This document shows positions 59,684-64,000 of a stretch of DNA of 64,000 nt, piece by piece (position 1 is the first letter of the stretch; each line of letters begins with the position of its first letter). The notes under the pieces are model-generated. The model made no database searches. It was not told the DNA's origin and saw only the letters and a program-made list of their open reading frames with translations. Both the position numbers and the translations under genes were made by a program. The stretch comes from Planctomycetota bacterium (GTDB lineage Bacteria; Planctomycetota; UBA8742; UBA2392): NCBI GenBank assembly GCA_016712285.1, contig JADJRK010000001.1, positions 2,300,885 through 2,364,884 on the forward strand. Direction: 5' to 3'.

Positions 59684-61645
59684 TCAGGGCGGGAAGCGCT
59701 CTTCCCACAGGCGGCTGAAGACTGCGATATCGTGCTCCCAGGTTTCCACCGATGCGCGCAGGACCAGCGCCCCGTTTTCCGTGCTCAGACGGTGCTCGGT
59801 GCGCACGTGGGCGTGCCAGCCTTCGCGGCGCGTGACGACCTCCTGCGTGACCTCGACGACCGCGCTGCCGGGGTCGCCCTGCGTGACGCGCATTTCTTCC
59901 ATGATGCTGTGGCCGATCTCAAGGTCGATCGGTTCAAGCCGGCTCAGCGCCGGGCCGCCGTCTTCACGGGCATCGATCACGTTGCGATACACCAGCGTTT
60001 GGCCTTGACGCGTCAACTCACGCCGGACGATTGGTGTCTCCAGGTCGTTGAACGTCACGCCGTGCGCCTGCGCGGGCGGCTCAAAATCCGCTAGCCCCGA
60101 ATCGCCGGGTGTTGGCGGTCTGACCGGTAACACCAGCGCGGCTTCGTACACGGTCAGTGTGAACGACTCCCGTTCGGGCCACACGACGGGCCAATAGCTG
60201 GTGCTGAGTGCGACTCGCAACGTGTGCCCGGGCGCAAATGCGTGGGCGCAGTCGTTCAGGCGCAGCGTGATGTCGTACACGCGGCCCGGCACAAGCGGGG
60301 CCGGCGCCTCGTGGCCGTCACGGTGCTGCAGGTTGAGCACGCCGTACGAAACTCGCAGGCTTCCTGGCTCGGCGACATCGCACAGGCGCGCAAGCAACTG
60401 CCCAAAGGGCTTGTCACACGAGACGCGCAGTCGCAGCAACGGTGCGCCCAGAATCTCCATGGGTTGGGACACAAGCGTGTCGTAACACTCGCTGAGCGCG
60501 TCGTCGGCGACCTGGTCGCCCGGCTCGTCGCCTTCAACACCGAAGCCGCACCACGCCCCCGCGGCTTGCCCGACCGTCAGCGGCGTCGAGATCGTCCGTG
60601 TACCAGCCAGCGGCAACTCGCGCGGCTGGATGTGCGGGCTGGGCCAAGCCTGCTCTGCAACCCAGCGCCCCGGGCGCATGGCGGCGGCTTCAGCGGGCGG
60701 CACATACTGCTGCATCCAGGCGCGCAGCATGGGTGTCGGCGGCAACTCGCGACCGCGCATCCAGTGGTCAAACCAGGACATCGCCTCCTGCAAGAATCCG
60801 ATAGCAGGCCCCGGCACGCCCTCGTGCGGGTAGACGTGCGCCCAGGGCCCGATCAGCCCCCGGCGCGGGCAGCTCAGGCCCGCCAGCATGCGCGGCACGG
60901 CATTGCTGTAGCCATCGGCCCATCCGCTGACCGCGTACACCGGGCAGCGGATGCGGCTGTACTCTTCGCTGACGCTTGCTTGCTTCCAGTAGTCGTCGCG
61001 CGTTGGGTGACTCAGCCAGCGCTGCGCATAGAGCGGCAGCCTGTCCAGCCGCTCGCGCCATATCCTGCGCCAGTCGGGGCCAACAATCTGCGGGTCGGGC
61101 GGTGTCGCGCTCAGCGTGAACAGCACGCTGCCCCAGACCAGGTTCTCGGTCAGCAGGCAGCCGCCCATGTAGTGCGCGTCGTCGGCGTATCTGTCGTCGC
61201 TGGCGCAAACCGCGATCACGGCCTTGAGCGCAGGCGGCTGTAGTGCGGCAATCTGCAGCGCGGCGAACCCGCCCCAGCTTTTGCCGATCATGCCGAGGTT
61301 GCCGTCACACCACGGCTGCGCAGCCAGCCAAGCCAGCGCGTCGGCGCCGTCCTGCTGTTCCTGCGGCGTGTATTCGTCCAGCAGCAGGCCGTCGCTTTCG
61401 CCGCTGCCGCGCAGGTCAATGCGGACCGCGGCATAGCCGTGGCCGGCAAAGTAGCGGTGCATGGGCTCGTCGCGGTGGCGGGTGCCCCAGCGCTTGCGGT
61501 ACGGGATGTACTCAACGATGGCGGGTACGGGCCGCTCGCTGTCGGGCCGCCACATGCGCGCAGCCAGCCGCGTGCCATCCGGCAGCGGGATCCAGAAGTG
61601 CTCGACTTCTGTGAACTTGAACGGGAACTCTTCCACAACGCGCAT
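59684..61645 (-). CDS. CocE/NonD-family hydrolase (S15 X-Pro dipeptidyl-peptidase-like)
   Basis: 653 aa. VEYIPYRK, DLRGSGESDG, and the nucleophile elbow GKSWGG. Confidence 0.88.
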   Translation of the reverse strand: MRVVEEFPFKFTEVEHFWIPLPDGTRLAARMWRPDSERPVPAIVEYIPYRKRWGTRHRDEPMHRYFAGHGYAAVRIDLRGSGESDGLLLDEYTPQEQQDGADALAWLAAQPWCDGNLGMIGKSWGGFAALQIAALQPPALKAVIAVCASDDRYADDAHYMGGCLLTENLVWGSVLFTLSATPPDPQIVGPDWRRIWRERLDRLPLYAQRWLSHPTRDDYWKQASVSEEYSRIRCPVYAVSGWADGYSNAVPRMLAGLSCPRRGLIGPWAHVYPHEGVPGPAIGFLQEAMSWFDHWMRGRELPPTPMLRAWMQQYVPPAEAAAMRPGRWVAEQAWPSPHIQPRELPLAGTRTISTPLTVGQAAGAWCGFGVEGDEPGDQVADDALSECYDTLVSQPMEILGAPLLRLRVSCDKPFGQLLARLCDVAEPGSLRVSYGVLNLQHRDGHEAPAPLVPGRVYDITLRLNDCAHAFAPGHTLRVALSTSYWPVVWPERESFTLTVYEAALVLPVRPPTPGDSGLADFEPPAQAHGVTFNDLETPIVRRELTRQGQTLVYRNVIDAREDGGPALSRLEPIDLEIGHSIMEEMRVTQGDPGSAVVEVTQEVVTRREGWHAHVRTEHRLSTENGALVLRASVETWEHDIAVFSRLWEERFPP

Positions 61646-61669
61646 GGCCCCATGCTACGCTGCGCAGGC

Positions 61670-62926
61670 ATGCCGAACAGACTGCCCCGAGTTCTGCTGG
61701 TCATGCCCACGATGTGGGACAGGCGCCAGCTTGAGGCCTGCCGCGAGGACTGGCACGAACGGTTCGTGGTCGAATTTGGTGAACCCGGCGACGACGAGTG
61801 CCGCGCGGACTTTCCGGTCCTGGACTACATCGACCGCATGGCCCGCCGCACCGACATCGCGGGGGTCTTTTCTTCCAGCGACTACCCCGGCGCCACAATT
61901 TCTGCCGCGATCGCCACGCAGGCCGGCTTGCCCGGGCCTGACCCCCGCGCCGTGCTGTGCGCGTCGCACAAGATCGTGTCGCGCCAGATGCAGCAGGCCG
62001 CGGTGCCGGAGGCCACGGCGCGCTTCTGCACCATCGACCCGGACAACGCGGGACCGCCGGAGATCGGCTTTCCGTGTTTCGTCAAGCCGGTCAAGGGCGC
62101 GTTCAGCATGTTCTCGCGGCGGATTAACACGCTGGCTGAATTGCAGTCGCACCTGGATCGGCCGGAGGTTCGCGAATTCCGGCAAGGGTTCATGCTGCCG
62201 TTCAACACGCTGTGGCAGCGCTATGGCGGCAAGGGTGTGGACGGCAGCTACTTCATTGCCGAGGAGGTGCTGGCAGGCGCGCAGGTCACCGTTGAGGGCT
62301 TTGTCGCCGACGATGAACCGCAGACGATCGGCATCGTGGACACGGAGTTCTACCCGGGCACCACCAGCTTTTCGCGCTTTGTGTACCCGTCTTCGCTGCC
62401 GGCCGAGGCCCAGCAGCAGATGAATGACATCGCGCGCAAATGCATTGCCGCCATGGGTCTCAAGCGCTGCTTTTTCAACATCGAGATGGCCTGGGATGGC
62501 AGGCGCGCGTACATCATCGAAGTCAACCCGCGCATCTGCGGGCAGTTTGCCGACCTGCACGGAAAGGTCGATGGCGTGAACACCATGGCGCTGGCGCTTG
62601 ACCTGGTCACCGGCGCAGACGTGGCCTGGACCCCGGGCGGGGGCGACTACAACTTTGCCGCCAGCGTGCCGTTGCGCGTCTTCGCGCCGACGCTGGTCGA
62701 GCAAGCACCGGATGCTGATCAGCTTGCCGAAGTGATGGCGCGGTTTCCGGCCACACTGGCCTGGACCGAAATCACGGCCGGCCAGATGGTGGATGATTTC
62801 GTGTTCGAAGACGGCGCGAGCTTCCGGTATTGCGTGTTCAACCTGGGCGCCAACTCCCGCGCCGAGCTGAACGCCCGGCAGCGCGACATCACCAGCGCAC
62901 TGGGCTTTGCCCTGCGGGCGCTCTAG
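61670..62926 (+). CDS. ATP-grasp domain protein
   Basis: 418 aa from ATG 61670 (an alternative ATG is at 61652). FPCFVKPVKGAFSMFS, EEVLAGAQVTVEGF, YIIEVNPRICG. The track ORF start at 61439 lies inside the divergent neighbour. Confidence 0.75.
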   Translation: MPNRLPRVLLVMPTMWDRRQLEACREDWHERFVVEFGEPGDDECRADFPVLDYIDRMARRTDIAGVFSSSDYPGATISAAIATQAGLPGPDPRAVLCASHKIVSRQMQQAAVPEATARFCTIDPDNAGPPEIGFPCFVKPVKGAFSMFSRRINTLAELQSHLDRPEVREFRQGFMLPFNTLWQRYGGKGVDGSYFIAEEVLAGAQVTVEGFVADDEPQTIGIVDTEFYPGTTSFSRFVYPSSLPAEAQQQMNDIARKCIAAMGLKRCFFNIEMAWDGRRAYIIEVNPRICGQFADLHGKVDGVNTMALALDLVTGADVAWTPGGGDYNFAASVPLRVFAPTLVEQAPDADQLAEVMARFPATLAWTEITAGQMVDDFVFEDGASFRYCVFNLGANSRAELNARQRDITSALGFALRAL

Positions 62927-62965
62927 CCACTGCCGTGAACGACGCCAAGCCACTACAATCGCGCC

Positions 62966-64000
62966 ATGGACCCGGACGACAACAACGACTTCAAGCCGGT
63001 GGACGAGCACACGCTGCTCGAGATCGGCTCAGACAGTTCCGACACCGGCACCAAGCCCATCGACGAAACCAGCATCAAGATGCGCCTGGGCCAAGTGCTG
63101 GTCACCAAAGAATTGGGCCATGGCGGCATGGGACGGGTGTACCGCGGCCGGCACGTCGGGCTGGATGTGGCCGTGGCCGTCAAGACGATGGGCGCGCACA
63201 TCAGCGCCGACCCCACGGCACGGCAGCGTTTCCTGCGCGAGGCGCGCACGGCAGCGAAACTTGATCATCCGAATATCGTACGCGTGCTGGACGTGAACGA
63301 GCAGGACAACGTCCCCTATATCGTGATGGAGTTCGTCGACGGCACCGACCTGTCTGCACTGCTGAAACAGCACGGCGCGCTGGACAGCGTGGCGTGCCTG
63401 AAGGTGGTCGCGCAGATTGCCGACGGGCTGGCGCACGCGCACGCGCAGGGCATCGTGCACCGCGACATCAAGCCGCACAACGTATTCGTCGCGCGCGACG
63501 GGCGCGTCAAACTCGGCGATTTCGGCCTGGCCCGCGCCGTGGAGGCCACGACCGAGCTGACCATGCCTGGCGCCGCGATCGGCACGGCACATTACATGAG
63601 CCCCGAGCAGGCCAGCGGCAAAGACCTCGACCAGCGTAGCGACGTGTACTCGCTGGGCGTGACCGCCTGGCACTTGATTACGGGTGCGCCGCCATACTCA
63701 GGCACCACGCCCGTCAGCGTCGCGGTCCAACACGTGAACAACGACATTCCGTACGAGCGCGAAAAGTTCGGGCACATACCGGACGCAGCCGTGTACCTGC
63801 TGATCAACATGACCGCGCGCGACCCTGCCCGCCGGCCCAGTGCCCGCGAAGTCTGTGACCGGATTTCGCAGATCCTGGCACAATCGGGCCACGGCACAAC
63901 GCGCCTGAATTCGCTGGAAGACCTGCTGAAGCACGGCAGCGTGTCGCAGTATGTGCCAGTGCCGCCCACGCCGCCCCCGCCGGGGCCGCAGTTTCATTTC
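62966..64000 (+). CDS. Ser/Thr protein kinase (Hanks type), C-terminal end runs off the window
   Basis: My own translation from ATG 62966 is open to base 64000. GHGGMGRVY, VAVKT, HRDIKPHN, DFGLA, GTAHYMSPE. It is absent from the ORF track because it has no stop in the window. Confidence 0.9.
   Translation, partial: MDPDDNNDFKPVDEHTLLEIGSDSSDTGTKPIDETSIKMRLGQVLVTKELGHGGMGRVYRGRHVGLDVAVAVKTMGAHISADPTARQRFLREARTAAKLDHPNIVRVLDVNEQDNVPYIVMEFVDGTDLSALLKQHGALDSVACLKVVAQIADGLAHAHAQGIVHRDIKPHNVFVARDGRVKLGDFGLARAVEATTELTMPGAAIGTAHYMSPEQASGKDLDQRSDVYSLGVTAWHLITGAPPYSGTTPVSVAVQHVNNDIPYEREKFGHIPDAAVYLLINMTARDPARRPSAREVCDRISQILAQSGHGTTRLNSLEDLLKHGSVSQYVPVPPTPPPPGPQFHF

Noticed and set aside
61439-61669. 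Long N-terminal extension of the ATP-grasp ORF
   Set aside because: It overlaps the 5' end of the divergent CocE/NonD gene in antisense. The ATP-grasp-like sequence begins only after the ATG at 61670 (or 61652).

Overview
This is a high-GC (about 65%), densely coding bacterial chromosomal segment. I call about 55 protein genes and one tRNA. I saw no CRISPR array, transposase or integrase. All family names come from motifs read in the translations. No database search was run.

The ORF track treats GTG and TTG as M. I therefore refined many starts using a recurrent Shine-Dalgarno context (GGAGAGAGCC-ATG type) and ATGA/TGATG stop-start overlaps.

Gene content from left to right:
- 1-9270: a porin-like gene, a PP2C phosphatase, a polyprenyl synthase, a secreted caspase-like protein, and a HlyD/ABC/FtsX efflux system. 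Its first permease carries two in-frame TGA codons.
- 9396-17338: two paralogous B12-binding radical SAM genes bracket cysK and a NapA-like molybdoenzyme with a tetrahaem cytochrome.
- 17538-21551: an NO-stress set, comprising an NnrS multidomain fusion and two DUF2249-hemerythrin proteins.
- 21561-29835: a complete Thauera-type benzoyl-CoA pathway block (had-oah-dch-bcrCBAD) plus an SDR.
- 29894-32432: two Fe-S-type Rrf2 regulators and a tryptophanase/tyrosine phenol-lyase gene.
- 32440-39596: a porin, followed by a DUF1800-DUF1501-qNOR-PTPS operon.
- 39756-42864: a BtaB-like methyltransferase, a NapH-like membrane Fe-S protein and a third B12 radical SAM gene.
- 43597-51468: lipoprotein cytochrome c and nirS, then a haem-copper oxidase-family cluster. 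The cluster has CuA but lacks the cross-link Tyr, so it is NOR-like. It also encodes Sco and a cytochrome b/ferredoxin/MvhD fusion.
- 51545-64000: an Ig/Kelch lipoprotein, tRNA-Arg(CCT) followed by tandem 143-bp repeats carrying tRNA 3' fragments, a zinc-ribbon membrane protein, a TPR metalloprotease, a CocE/NonD hydrolase, an ATP-grasp protein and a partial Ser/Thr kinase.

The items most worth a second look are the double in-frame TGA permease, the NOR-like oxidase cluster with its unusual electron-input fusion, the hemerythrin genes appended to the bcr operon, the radical SAM contexts, the tRNA-linked repeats, and a recurrent AT-rich intergenic motif.
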